Shown here in pieces: positions 25,243 through 40,591 of a stretch of 64,000 nt of DNA. How positions within the stretch are numbered: position 1 is the stretch's first letter; every line of letters begins with the position of its first letter. The position numbers and the translations under genes were made by a program. Below the pieces are notes generated by a model, which worked only from the letters and a program-made list of their open reading frames with translations, made no database searches and was not told where the DNA came from. Source of the stretch: Octopus sinensis (taxonomy: Eukaryota); contig NC_042997.1 in assembly GCF_006345805.1 (NCBI RefSeq), forward strand, positions 109,182,001 to 109,246,000, given 5' to 3'.

Positions 25243-26640
25243 AGAAACACTTAATGTGGCTGTTCGATCTACTGATAATAACAGCTAAATCATTCTGAAA
25301 TGAAATGTTACGGCTTTAAAAATAGGAAACATCAGATGATGTATTCTTAGTTACATTGCGATTAATTAAAGACTTGATGGTCACATCTGGAACTACTTTA
25401 AACAAAGTTATGCAAGAATCAGTTATCGTTCAAAGAAGACGAGACATTGTTCTCTTCCGCAAAAACAAATTATTATAGATGCCGAGAGCACATTCCAATA
25501 TCATTTTATCTCTACACACGCACAATACGCAACTAAATCCATTTGCTGGTTGACTTTCATTCATTAAGTCCTTCAGATTGTCTACTCTTTGCTTTGCGTG
25601 TCACTCAAAATTGCTGCCATGTTTTCTTTCTACAACCAAAAGTGAGGGGGTGGGAGGAAATCACTTAAAGATACACCGTTGGTCACACAATACACCTCTT
25701 TAAGTATTATTTATCCAAATTCATTACACATACACATTTCCCTTAGCACATCTTATTTCATAATTATGCAAATTACATTGCCCAGATATTATTCATAACT
25801 CCTTTCCTACATGTAGACATCGCTCAAATTATCGTCATGGAAATTAAATTTCAAAGATTAATTCTCAACTTTTTGAAATTATCTCCCAAATCTGTTGAAA
25901 GTCTCAAATACTATCCACCGAGATTTTGTTTTCTTTCTTAAATTAAAAGAAAATAAAAAAAATCTCATAAAAATACAAGATTCTCTGCATTTCGGATGGT
26001 GTCGCTTTTACACACAAAACCGTCATAGACCATGCGAAACAGACCTTTTAGCTGCTTCTTAAATATTCACATACCTTTACAATCTGTCTGTCTGTCTGTC
26101 TGTCTCTGCCTGTCTGCCTGTCTCTCTCTCATATTACAATAGCTTGTATTCATACACAGCCATCTCTACTACTTCCGCCCCCATTTATATTCGTCTCTTT
26201 CTCTCTCTCTCCCTATCTTTCTTTCTTCCTCTCCCCCCTCTCTCTCTCTCTCTCCCACTTCTCTCAATGTTACTTCTGAAGTTCACCCGCCACGTCCTGC
26301 ACTCAGTGTTTTCCCCAAACATCTCCATCCAGCCTTGTAAACCTTCTGATATTTTTCCCTACTGGCAGTTTTCTGGAACATCAATCAACAGATGTTGTGT
26401 CTGGAATAGCTTAGACAGGCGATGGGCGCTGTCCCTCCACCTCTCAGTATTTCCCTAAACACATATGCACGTGTATCACATTTGTACGTATATACACGTT
26501 ATATACGCGCGTATGTGTTTACGTGTTTATGTATTTGTCTATACATAAACATTCCTATGCTCATATAGCATGTATGTATATACATTCGAATACATATTCA
26601 CGTGCATCTATAGAATTATATATATAATATATATATATAT

Positions 26641-27004
26641 AGGGTGGAGAAATTAGAGAAATTTTCTACCAGTGGCTATCATGCATAAAATAGTCAATAG
26701 ACAACATATTTTTCATATAAAATACATTCATACACAAAAGAGGTGACCCTAACAGGACATCTTAAATGCTAAAAGGAGCAGTCAAAGCCCAATCCACGGT
26801 TAAGAGTAATTTCGAAGGGGATGAAAAATAAAAACAATTTCAATAGTTACCACTTGAACCTAGGTTTCGAACATTAATGAACAAGTAAGATAATTTGTTA
26901 TTTGTGCACTTCATCGGCAAGGGTGCTAATAATTAACGTATAATTATGGGGAAAATTTGACTATTTTATGCACGCTAGCCACTGGTAGAAAATTTCTCTA
27001 ATTT

Positions 27005-27013
<9 letters not shown>
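26641..27013 (-). mobile_element. HHR unit family B copy 1, about 57-bp terminal inverted arms, in (TA)n
   Basis: 26641-26697 inverted at 26957-27013; HHR 26853-26921 (minus) CTTG-CCGATGA-A-GTGCA...TGTTC-GAAA-CCTAGG-TT|CAAG. Confidence 0.8.
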
Positions 27014-27044
<31 letters not shown>

Positions 27045-27047
<3 letters not shown>

Positions 27048-27390
27048 TTAATATGATTTTAGTAATTTTGAAGGTAGTCGGCACAGAAACTTTTATATGC
27101 TGCCGAGTGTAATTGCGCTTGCGCGGTGGATTCGAAGAATTATAATGTATAAAGTTGAGACATGTGCTCTCTATTTGTCTCACGTTAATTATTAGAGCCC
27201 TTGATGATGAAGAACACGCATAACAAATTATCGTATTTGTTCGTTAATGTTCGAAACCAAGGTTCAAGTGGTAATTGTTGAAAATGATTTTATTTTTCAT
27301 CCCCTTCGAAATTACTCTTAACCGTGGTTTGGATTTTGACTGTTCCTTTTAGCATGTAAGGGGTCCTGTTAGGGTCACCTCTTTTGTGTA
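27045..27390 (+). mobile_element. HHR unit family B copy 2
   Basis: HHR 27200-27268 CTTG-ATGATGA-A-GAACA...TGTTC-GAAA-CCAAGG-TT|CAAG (C3A change); the rest matches copy 1 in opposite orientation. Confidence 0.8.
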
Positions 27391-27427
27391 CAAATATACA
27401 CTAATTTTATATTTGCATCTATATATA

Positions 27428-27471
<44 letters not shown>

Positions 27472-27580
27472 GCATGTATATATATGTGCGGGGGTACACA
27501 CTCTCGAACAAACCATATATATTTATGTATATATATATACATACATAGATACATACATACATACATATATACATATATGT

Positions 27581-27708
27581 ACCTAGGTTTCGAACATTAA
27601 TGAACAAATAAGATAATTTGCTATCCGTGTTCTTCATCAGCAAGGGCGTTAATAATTAACGTATAATTATGGGACAAATATTGACTATTGTATGCTTGCT
27701 AGCCACTG
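27581..27708 (-). mobile_element. HHR unit family B copy 3, ending at the cleavage site
   Basis: Intact CTTG-CTGATGA-A-GAACA...TGTTC-GAAACCTAGGT then directly a TA/CA-rich microsatellite. Confidence 0.8.
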
Positions 27709-27935
27709 AAAATCTGAAGATTCTACTAGAGTAGATGCAAGCGCTAATATATGATTTATAAAAACATGTGACACATTAGTAAAAATCTGTAAATGTAAAA
27801 CCATCCGGATTTATGAGTACCTTATTTCTTCTAATATATAATACCTATACATCACCTCCAAACCTTCTAATATACATGAATACATGCATATTTATATATA
27901 TATGTGTGTATGTTATCGGCCTGTATATCTTGTGC

Positions 27936-28060
<125 letters not shown>

Positions 28061-28100
28061 TATATATATATATATATAGATATATATATATATATATATA

Positions 28101-28710
<610 letters not shown>

Positions 28711-28729
28711 GTACACACACACACATATA

Positions 28730-29220
28730 TATAATAAAATATTAGGGAATAAATCCAAACTTACAGGGAAAAATCAGATTTAGGATTGAATCCAATTTTA
28801 TAGTAAAATATTATATTATATTAAATTAGAGATAAAACCACTATTAGGCAAATCAAACAATGAAAAACTTAAGACAATACATAAAATTAATTAATTTATA
28901 TTATTTTTAATATATATCAAAAGTATTAAAAGTTTAATAAAAGATAATGAGTAAAACACTACGATCGTTTCATTGCTAAACCTCGCTAAGATAAATATTT
29001 CAATTACCTGAAGATTGACTGTAACCATAACTCGAATTATTACGAATTGGACAGCCATGAAACGATCGTAGTGTTTTATTCATTATCTTTTATTAAACTT
29101 TTAATACTTTTGATATATATTTAAAATAATATAAATTAATTAATTTTATGTATTGGCTTAAGTTTTTCATTGTTTGATTTGCCTAATAGTGGTTTTATCT
29201 CTAATTTAATATATTATATA
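28730..29220 (+). mobile_element. HHR unit with about 165-bp inverted arms, in (TA)n
   Basis: 28812-28977 is the reverse complement of about 29053-29220; HHR 29005-29073 TAC-CTGAAGA-TTGACTGT...ACAGCCA-T-GAAAC-GATC-GTA|GTG. Confidence 0.8.
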
Positions 29221-29569
29221 TATATATATATGAAGGGGTGTAAAAGTTCCTAGATTTCGACAAAAGAAAATACGAGAGGATCAGGTTGTTTACGATTTTT
29301 AATCGGAAGATTGGACATTTCGCGATGCTATTATAGCCAGGGACTTTTCAGCTCCCTTCTTTTGTTTTTATACAAAAGAAAGGGATGACATCGGAAGAGC
29401 CAAATGTTACGTCTTGATCTTCAGTAGTATACACTTCTTTCTGCCATAAGATGAGGTCGACTCTTGGCTGAGTACCAAGATAGCATTCTATAGCTTTACC
29501 AGAGCCTTGAATGTGACGTGCGTTTTATTTGGGAAGCTACTTCTTCAGAACATTGTTCTGAACATTCAA

Positions 29570-29648
29570 GGTTCTGACGAAGCTATAGAGTTGTTCTGGT
29601 GCTCATCTAAGAGTCCACCACATTTCATGGTTGAAACAACTGTAAGCT
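29570..29648 (+). ncRNA. Type I hammerhead ribozyme (aged)
   Basis: GGTT-CTGACGA-AGCTAT...ATGGTT-GAAAC-AACT-GTA|AGCT; stems pair with G-U. Confidence 0.65.
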
Positions 29649-29719
29649 AATAAAGGTCATTATATAATTTTTTTTTTCAGTGTCATCACTTCCTTTCTAA
29701 TTACTACTCTATACCCCAG

Positions 29720-30146
<427 letters not shown>

Positions 30147-30235
30147 TATACTCATATAACATTGTGTTCTGGACCATACCTATATTGAATTGTTAATATA
30201 TACGTATGTGTGTGTGTGTGTGTGTGTGAATATAT

Positions 30236-30281
<46 letters not shown>

Positions 30282-30283
<2 letters not shown>

Positions 30284-30478
30284 CTTTATTAAAAGCAGCA
30301 GAAATTCAACAAAACCTGTTACTCGGAGTTAACAAAACTGTCCGACGAACGGGAACGTGAAACACCGAGTAACAGGTTTTGTTGAATTTCTGCTGCTTTT
30401 AAATAAAGTATATTACTCTACCCCTGGTATTTGAGTACTCTTTTTCCACCTTGTTTCACATTTATGTGTTTACTCCGG
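30282..30478 (+). mobile_element. HHR unit family F with about 50-bp inverted arms, in (TA)n (duplicate at 32017-32214)
   Basis: CTGT-CCGACGA-ACG-GGAA-CGT-GAAAC-ACCGA-GTA|ACAG at 30338-30375; 30282-30330 inverted at 30361-30410. Confidence 0.75.
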
Positions 30479-30496
30479 TATATATATATATATATA

Positions 30497-30541
<45 letters not shown>

Positions 30542-31135
30542 CTATGCATATATGTATATCGGTGTGTCTGTGTGTATGTGTGTATATGTGTATGTACATA
30601 TATGTGTGTATGAGTGTGTGTGTCTGTGTGCTTGCAACGCACGTACATATCTTTTGATTTTTAGATCTAATTACGCTTTATCTAAATCTGGATATACCCA
30701 TCTTTATTCATATTTCTAAATTAATCTTATTCTATTTAAGGGAGTAGCCGTTGATTTTCATCCCTCACATACGTTTTGTCTTGCTCAGTGGTAATGATTT
30801 TCCTAAACACACACACACATACACACGCACAGATTCACAGATACAGACACACTGACACACACACATATATAAAGCAAATAAGTAACAGAGGATGTCCAGG
30901 TATAAAGTGGCTTCATTTAATCGATCAATGAAAAGATTTCCAACATGAAGGATAAACCATTATTTTTAGCAAAATTCCATCAGTACAAGATACTAAAATA
31001 TTTACATTGTTTCCTTTTGCTATATATATATATATATATATATATACATTGTTTCCTTTTGCTATATATATATATATATATATATATATGCATAAATGTA
31101 ATTCTTTCCCCAGATAAACTGCACTTCATATTCTA

Positions 31136-31192
31136 GGCTCCGATGAAGCTATATGAGTCCACTGCAACTTATAGCAGAAACAGTCATAAGGT
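31136..31192 (+). ncRNA. Degenerate hammerhead (duplicate at about 32888-32944)
   Basis: CCGATGA-A-GCTATA...TATAGC-A-GAAAC-AGTC-ATA; shares AGCTATA and GAGTCCAC with the 29570 motif; stems I and III damaged. Confidence 0.45.
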
Positions 31193-32236
31193 AATGAAGT
31201 TCATACTATAATAGTTTTTTCTTTGTTATCTCATTTTCTTTTACACACACACACACACACACTCTCACACACACACATATGAAGAAAGAAAGATAGAAGG
31301 AAAGGAAGAGCATGAGGAATGGGGTATAACAAATGAAAGGGAAATGAAAGAATTGAGACAATAACGATGTCGATATAAAAACATTATACTATATAAAACA
31401 TACATGAAATATCTATTTATATAGAATTTTTTGTATGGGAATATTTCTATGTAATGCATTGGTCACAGACAATGAGTAGCTAGAAGGCTTCCTTTGTGCT
31501 GACTCTTCACAATTGAAACCAAATGTCCCATCTAATTTGGTCGACTTGCACAGATTATTCCCTACTTAACAAATACGGCATCCTCCATATGGAAACCATT
31601 TCTATCACAGCCGCCGATTTACACTCGCTCACTCTTTCTCTCTCTGAATATATGCGAACAGTCCAACCAAATGTGATTCACAGAATGAGTGTGATACGCT
31701 TATATTTAAACCAATTTTATTATTATCATTATTATTATTATATTATTATTATATTATTATTATTATTATTACTATTATTAGGTCCCTGCCTGGAATCGAA
31801 CTCGGGATCTTGGGGGAAACGGGGTGTTAACAACAAACAAGATGAGGACAAATATCCATCAATGTAAATAATGTAAATAATATACTCATATAACATTGTG
31901 TTCTGGACCATACCTATATTGAATTGTTAATATATACGTATGTGTGTGTGTGTGTGTGTGTGAATATATATATATATAATATATATATATATATATTATA
32001 TATATATATATACATATACTTTATTTAAAAGCAGCAGAAATTCAACAAAACCTGTTACTCGGAGTTAACAAAACTGTCCGACGAACGGGAACGTGAAACA
32101 CCGAGTAACAGGTTTTGTTGAATTTCTGCTGCTTTTAAATAAAGTATATTACTCTACCCCTGGTATTTGAGTACTCTTTTTCCACCTTGTTTCACATTTA
32201 TGTGTTTACTCCGGTATATATATATATATATATATA

Positions 32237-32279
<43 letters not shown>

Positions 32280-33482
32280 TGTGTGTGTGTGCCTATGCAT
32301 ATATGTATATCGGTGTGTCTGTGTGTATGTGTGTATATGTGTATGTACATATATGTGTGTATGAGTGTGTGTGTCTGTGTGCTTGCAACGCACGTAAATA
32401 TCTTTTGATTTTTAGATCTAATTACGCTTTATCTAAATCTGGATATACCCATCTTTATTCATATTTCTAAATTAATCTTATTCTATTTAAGGGAGTAGCC
32501 GTTGATTTTCATCCCTCACATACGTTTTGTCTTGCTCAGTGGTAATGATTTTCCTAAACACACACACACATACACACGCACAGATTCACAGATACAGACA
32601 CACTGACACACACACATATATAAAGCAAATAAGTAACAGAGGATGTCCAGGTATAAAGTGGCTTCATTTAATCGATCAATGAAAAGATTTCCAACATGAA
32701 GGATAAACCATTATTTTTAGCAAAATTCCATCAGTACAAGATACTAAAATATTTACATTGTTTCCTTTTGCTATATATAATATATATATATATATATACA
32801 TTGTTTCCTTTTGCTATATATATATATATATATATATATATGCATAAATGTAATTCTTTCCCCAGATAAACTGCACTTCATATTCTAGGCTCCGATGAAG
32901 CTATATGAGTCCACTGCAACTTATAGCAGAAACAGTCATAAGGTAATGAAGTTCATACTATAATAGTTTTTTCTTTGTTATCTCATTTTCTTTTACACAC
33001 ACACACACACACACACTCTCACACACACACACATATGAAGAAAGAAAGATAGAAGGAAAGGAAGAGCATGAGGAATGGGGTATAACAAATGAAAGGGAAA
33101 TGAAAGAATTGAGACAATAACGATGTCGATATAAAAACATTATACTATATAAAACATACATGAAATATCTATTTATATAGAATTTTTTGTATGGGAATAT
33201 TTCTATGTAATGCATTGGTCACAGACAATGAGTAGCTAGAAGGCTTCCTTTGTTGCTGACTCTTCACAATTGAAACCAAATGTCCCATCTAATTTGGTCG
33301 ACTTGCACAGATTATTCCCTACTTAACAAATACGGCATCCTCCATATGGAAACCATTTCTATCACAGCCGCCGATTTACACTCGCTCACTCTTTCTCTCT
33401 CTGAATATATGCGAACAGTCCAACCAAATGTGATTCACAGAATGAGTGTGATACGCTTATATTTAAACCAATTTTATTATTA

Positions 33483-33524
<42 letters not shown>

Positions 33525-33858
33525 CTATTATTGTTGTTGCTGTCGCTGCTGTTTTCCATGTTACGTGGTCTAGTCTGTTTGTAGATCTTGTTGACTCATG
33601 TCTCTATCAGAATCATGAATCTAAGTCTGAAATATAAAAGTAATAAAATTTGAGGAATTTCGTTTATTGCCATGAATTTTCGTGTAGCAACCTTCTGGAA
33701 GGTGTATTTTATGTTCTGCAGAGAAGAAAGAAATGATCGCACTAGGCTGATGGACGTGCAGATGAATTCCTTCACAAGTGCACACACAAAACACACACAC
33801 ATGAGCTCGCACTTATGCGCATAAAATAGTCAACAAATGCTAGGCATTACATAATATG

Positions 33859-33922
<64 letters not shown>

Positions 33923-33930
33923 TATATGTA

Positions 33931-33975
<45 letters not shown>

Positions 33976-34176
33976 TATATATATACATACACGTTTATGC
34001 ACATGTGTTGCAAGATTCCTGATTTGAAGTCGTGTGTTGAAACAACTATTGTTGTGTTTCGGTATACTTGTTTTTTTCCAGATGAACTATAGTGCATGTG
34101 TTTGGAAAAAATGATCAACCTTAGATACAACATTATATATATATATTATATATATATATATAATATATATATATAT

Positions 34177-34211
<35 letters not shown>

Positions 34212-34361
34212 ATATGTATGTATATATGTATGTATTGTATATGTATATACACCCCGCACACACACAGACATATTCGGTTTAGGACATAGCTGCAAAACAA
34301 GGTGGAAAAAATACTCGAATGTCAATGGTTGAGTAACAGATTGAACTTAGTATCATCACAA

Positions 34362-34399
34362 TTGTCTGATGAACGGTTGAGTGAAACTCTGAGTAACAG
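34362..34399 (+). ncRNA. Minimal type I hammerhead ribozyme related to family F
   Basis: TTGT-CTGATGA-AC-GGTTGA-GT-GAAAC-TCTGA-GTA|ACAG. Confidence 0.7.
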
Positions 34400-34617
34400 T
34401 CTGTGAAGATTTATTCAGTTTTAATGAAAGAGTAAACACACACACACATGCGCACACACAATTATACCGACCAACTAAATACATCAAGTATCCATTTCAT
34501 CTCCAGTTCCATCATAATTCCACTACATATATAAACGCCCTGCAGGCCAGGTATCCAGCCCGACAAGTTTTAGGTCGCGAGAAAATAACTTAATTTTATT
34601 TATATTAAGTGCAAGGA

Positions 34618-35005
34618 AGGTGGCGAGCTGGCAGAAACGCTAACGCGCCGGGCGAAATGCTTAGAGGTATTTCATCTGCCGTTACGTTCTGAGTTCAAAT
34701 TCCACCGAGGTCGACTTTGTCTTTCATCCTTTCGGGGTCGATTAAATAAGTATCAGTTACGCACTGGGGTCGATATAATCGACTTAATCCGTTTGTCTGT
34801 CCTTGTTTGTCCTCTCTATGTTTAGCCCCTTGTGGGTAGTAAAGAAATAGGTATTTCATTGGTCTTTACGTTCTTAGTTCAAATCCCGCCGAAGTCGACT
34901 TTGCCTTTCGAGGTCGATAAAAAAGTACCAGTTGCATACTAGGGTCGATCTAATCGACTGGGCCCTTCCCCCAAAATTTCGGGCCTCGTGCTTTGAGTAG
35001 AAAAT
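34618..35005 (+). mobile_element. SINE family 1, dimeric
   Basis: Complete tRNA head plus two core copies. Confidence 0.85.
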
Positions 35006-36762
35006 TATATTAATTGCAAGGAAAATACAAGTTGTAAAAACTGTTTTAACAACACGAAACGAAAATAACTGGAGATTTTTAATATATATATATATATGTA
35101 TGTATGTATGTATATAAGTCGATGTATTGGAGAAGGTTGAAATTCCTATCCAGGTTTGAAATCCTGGGCATTCTTTTGCTTTATTCGGTATTTATCGGAT
35201 CTCGGTTAATTTCTTAAATAAAAACAATTATCCAAGGCTGATAATAGCTTCCGGTGACCGTTCAGTCTTGAGCGATCACTGAATAAAATTTACTTCCCAG
35301 GGACATTTTCAATAATTTTGAATGAATGTAGTAAAACCAGGATGTCACACACACACACACACACACACACAACACACACACACACACATGAAGTATGTAT
35401 GAATGTATGTATGTACGTATGTGTGTATGTGTGTGTGTGTCTTTGTATTGTTTCCAACTTTCAACATTGCTACTGCTGTTCTTTCTTCTACCTCTACTCT
35501 GTTACTCTCTCTCTCTGCTGTCTATTAAATAGATAATAGAACAATATTTCATTGGGATCCTGTTGCAGTATCGAAATGAATCTGGTGTTCCGTGAAGATT
35601 AATATCTCCTTAATTAGTAATAACGAAAAATAACGAAAAATAACGAACAGGTCAGCAAATGTTAAAATTACCTCGGAGTCATGGGGAAAATATCTTCGTG
35701 TTGCCGCCCAATTCTTTCCGATTAATTATAATTGGAAGCAGCCATTAATATGAATAGCAAACCCTTTGGACCATTCATGGTTTGAATAGAATCTATACAA
35801 AACCCTTTTATGATGAATTAACTGACGACTTGTGATGCCTTTTCGAATGTTTGCTGTAAGCGATGAGTAGTCTCTGTCGGCAACCTACTTCAAACTACTT
35901 CTCTCGCAACCTTTCATGGCTAATTAAGAAATTATTCTTTAAGACAACTTCTTCATGGAGTACGAAAAAGAATACATAAACAAGAAAATAAACAAACAAG
36001 CAAATATATAAATATAAAAAGTAAGGAAATGAAGAATTTCATGTAAGAAAATATTTGCTGTGGAACTTGATTCATCACTTCAGCTATTTTATCCAACAGG
36101 CCTCAACAAAAACACAAACAACTTCGAGTTCACCTGATTTATCCTTCTAGTGTCTTTTCTTGTGAATCTCGCTTCCCTAAAGTGATGTACACATCATTAT
36201 AAAAGCGTCGGTTAAACAACCGAAAATGATAAATAAAAACTAAATGTAAATAATAGTAATACATAGCAAGGCCAAATTCTCAAGTTATTATAATGCCTTT
36301 AATTACACTGGCAAACGAAATTATGCAATATCATTTTACAAGCAAGAAAAAAAAATGTATTTGTTGCAAAAATAACAAGAAATGTAATTTTTATGGCAAT
36401 TGCTTATCATGCTGTGGCAAAGAAAATTCTCTCAATGCATATTAATTACAGCAGCTTGTTCTGCTGAAATATTATTCATGTTGCAAGAGAAACAACCGCA
36501 ATTAAATGGGAGGGGGGTGTTCAGCATCGGTTATTGAGAATCTATGAGTCAACACATTCCAGACTGCTACTCCCCTGGATGGTATGTAAACGATATAATA
36601 AACTAGCAGGCATTTCGTTACATTCCCCCTCCCCTGACCCCAAAGTTAAAGGGCAACTAACAACGATACTAAGATTTCTTCAATATTTTTAGGACCCTTA
36701 AACCCATCCGAGTAAAAACTTTTTCTGCAGTTAAAAAATTAATATCACGATAAAGCATTCAA

Positions 36763-36960
36763 AGTGGTGAGATGGCAGAATCGTTAGCATAGGGGAATAA
36801 ATGCTTAGCGGCATTTTGTCCGGCTTTACGTTCTGAGTCCAAATGCCGCCTTTTTCTTTTCATCCTTTCGGGGTCGATAAAATAAGTAAGACTGAAGCAC
36901 TGGGGTCGATGCCATCGACTCCTCCCCATACGAAATTGCTCGCCTTGTGCCCAAATTTAA
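36763..36960 (+). mobile_element. SINE family 1, diverged
   Basis: GGTGAGATGGCAGAATCGTTAGC head plus core. Confidence 0.75.
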
Positions 36961-36988
36961 AATTGATATTTCTGCAAAGAATCTATAC

Positions 36989-37306
36989 TAGGGCGAAGTG
37001 AAAATAAAAAATTGTAGAAACTGAAAATGCCTGAGAGCTAAGGTATTGTTATATTTGATTACTAGAATAATATTAAATTTTCGCTGAGATCAATCAAGGG
37101 TATTTATTCCCTCAGACCCCACAAACTCCACTATTGTAAAAAAATTACAAAAAGCCCCCATTTTCGGAGTTTACTGGGCTTGAGGGAGTAAATTTCTTTA
37201 ATTGATCTCAGTGAACATTTAGCATTTTCCTAGTAATCAAATATGGCGATATTTTAGCCCTCAGGCATTTTCCATTTCCACAACTTTTTATTTTCACTTC
37301 ACCCTA
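36989..37306. mobile_element. MITE with about 140-bp imperfect TIRs and TA flanks
   Basis: TA-GGGCGAAGTGAAAATAAAAA...TTTTTATTTTCACTTCACCC-TA; arms match through GCTGAGATCAAT/ATTGATCTCAGT. Confidence 0.8.
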
Positions 37307-39249
37307 ATTCTACACACAACTGATGTTGATGTTAAGCATTTAGTTGACGGATGGCATTAGAGACTAATCTAATAGTTTGGTGGTTTGTGAAGAAAGGTGT
37401 CGAGGGTTAAATTTGCTTTTTAACGTTTTAATAATGAACTGATTTTGATATGCATTGGGAATATTTGTAGTTTTAATAGACTCAGAAACCAGGAAAATCA
37501 AATTTGAATTGAAGGAAAACATGTAAAGCATAAGGTAATGGATGCTATGAAGAATGGGTATATCTCGATTGACAAAAGCAGATATATATATATATATAAG
37601 GACAAACAATCTTTTTTTTTATATATAATTATTAATATACTATTCTGCACACATCCAAGAACTGTCAAAGCAAATTCGCTTACAAGACTTAGGTTCTCTT
37701 TGAGACGAAGGCAAAGACTGTGGCCCAAGATAACATGGAACCGGACCTTAAACCTTTGGCAATGCTGGCTTCATATCAACAGAGAACGCTGTCAACCAGT
37801 TTTTATATATGCCTAAATGTATACATGTACGTACGTATATATATTCTAGTGAGCCTAGAATCATACAATTCTTTGTATGTAGAGAAATTCTTCCTAATCT
37901 TTCTAGGAATATCTTTCCAAGTAAAAAGCAAAACATTTTCTTACTTGGATTCTCATTTTTACCTAGAAAGCCCCCAAAAGCGTCTGGCTGTTATTTTCAG
38001 AAAGTCACGAAACTGCATAAAACCTCTTAAGGAGTGGCGAAATTAGAATTTGGTTGATATTGGAATTTTCATAAACCAAAATCCTAGTCTTTTATTGCAG
38101 TATTTTGCTCTTTTTCTGTCTGTAATTCCTAAGTTAAATTTCAGAATTATAATATTTATATCACCAAGTAGAAAGATGTTTCCCAAATTCATTGCAATCG
38201 ACCTCCACTCCACCTTGATTTACACTTCAAACAACAAATAAAATATTCCATTCATTGTTACTTATTTTGATAGTATCCATAAAAGATGTCTTCTCAACAG
38301 AAAATGTTTATATCCATTACAAACGCTTCTTAATATCAACTTAATGCTTAAAACCAGCCACGAACCATTCTTGTACTTAGAAATTATTGAAGTGTATTAT
38401 ATGTATATATACATATACATATACATACATACATATATGTATATATATGAGAGTGCGTATATTATTGGGCTCTTGCATTGGTGCAATCAGCATTACAACT
38501 GTCTTATAATGGTAGCAATTTATCTTGGTGAGGAAATGTTAGCAATTTACGTAGAAGTGTAACACGACTTCAGTTCCTCGTTATGGCGAAATGTTCGTTT
38601 GTAGAATGAAAAATAGATGAGCGAGGTCAGGGGTTGAAACTGAAATCTTACGAATCGTTGAGTAGAATATGGGGTTGTTTTATGGTTTTTATGTGTGCTG
38701 CAGGGAAGAAGAAGGAGGAGATTAAATAACATTTATTTGGCACACTTGAAAGTAAAGAAGAGAGGTGACTCACATTAAGTACTCTTTCTTACAATAAAGC
38801 GCGGATACCTGCAAGTACGACTTTATACACAAACGAGTGTGATGTAAGTGTGTGTGGTGGTGGTGGTGGTGGATATACGCCATTCTATGTCTACATATGT
38901 GTGTATCAGTATGAAAGCCACTAATATATATATATATATATATATATATTATGCGTGAATGTCGAACGATGAAAATGAGTGCTGAACACCGCATTGTTGG
39001 ATAGAATTTCTTTATTTGTGTATTAAGGCACCATATATATATATATATATTAGATAGATAAATAGATAGATAGATAGATAGATAGATAATTAAGGCTACC
39101 ATGTATATATGTATTCTTGTGTTTTGGGAGGGTCATTACGCTAATAATTAGAACACACAAACTGGTTCAATTCCACTTTGTTGTTAGTCAATTGATTAGA
39201 TATCTAACCAAGTAATTAATCGATAATTTGTTTAATGTGCTGGTTACCT

Positions 39250-39303
<54 letters not shown>

Positions 39304-39599
39304 GAGAGAGAGCATGTCAATAATTCACTGAACAGGTCGCGAACAACAACGAAAGATCTTCGACTAACAAACAACCGAGCGATTAGTTGGTTGATACCTA
39401 ATAATTTGACTAACAATAAAGAAGTGGTATTGAACCTGTGCATGTGTTATTATTATTATTGGCGCAATGACTCTTCCACTACACAAGATTTTTTTCCACA
39501 CGAATTCACATGCAGATCCTTGCTAACGAATTATCAATCAATATCTATTAGTCAAAATTCAACAAAGAAATACAAATAATAATGGGGAAGGGGTTATAG

Positions 39600-40445
39600 T
39601 CAGACATTGACAGACATAGTTTATTAAGGCTTCCACTCATTTCCATCTTCAGCCTCCAGAAGTATCTCATTGAGTGACATCCCGCTCTCTGCACGAATCA
39701 TACGGTGGTAAGTCGTTCTTGGTCGTTTCCACTCGCACTTTGTTTAGCAGCAGGCACGGTTGATAGCATTCATCGGGTGAGTGTTACAGTTGGTGACCAA
39801 TCCATCTCAGCCGGCCTTCCGTTACCCTTGTGCTCATTTGCATTTCGTCAGCCATTTGGTACAACGTATCATTGCTAACATGGCCGTTTAGGATACCTGA
39901 TATATTTTCCTTGGGTTTCTTGTGTGAAAAGCATTCACATTGGCCCTTTGTCGGTTCGTATTCGTCACCCATCTCTTGCATCCATATGTAAAAAATTGGA
40001 AGACAGAGTTTTTTACATCTTCATCTTCGTTGTTGGGTTGATGTCAAACGAGCAGAGGCGTTGAAGGTGCGACATTGCTCCACACGCCGCTCTCCTCCTG
40101 TCGATGATGACACTGCTTGAGCTGTGAGATACACCAGTTATAATCTATCTAATCTAAGTGAATTTATCAACCCTGGATAACTATTTTTCCCTTTGCCCAA
40201 ACGCTTTTTCTTTCGTCTGTGTTTACATTAATGTCTTCGATTCGTTTATTTCTAGCTCCACAGTCTTTACTTCTTGCATCACACGATCCAAGTAGCCCTG
40301 TGCTTCTTTGAGGATGATATTATCTGCAAACGCGAGATAGGCCAACTTATGTAACTCTGATATGCGAGTGTTAGCTGAGAATATGTGGTCTGATGGAATG
40401 GGAGGGAATTGAGGCAAGAAAACTTTCATGTATGAGTTGCAGCAG
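39600..40445 (-). pseudogene. Decayed RTE-clade LINE (RT C-terminal half)
   Basis: LAYLAFADNIIL...LEINESKT; HVSNDTLYQMA...RVTEGRLRWIGH. Confidence 0.75.
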
Positions 40446-40525
40446 TCATCACATGGTCCATAAACACCTAAAACAAATAAGGTACGATATATATATACGT
40501 GTGTGTCTTTGTGTTTATGTTTGTA

Positions 40526-40591
<66 letters not shown>

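Noticed and set aside
31523-31867. ORF MSHLIWSTCTDY..., duplicated at 33280
   Set aside because: No recognisable domain; the second copy exists only because of the tandem duplication
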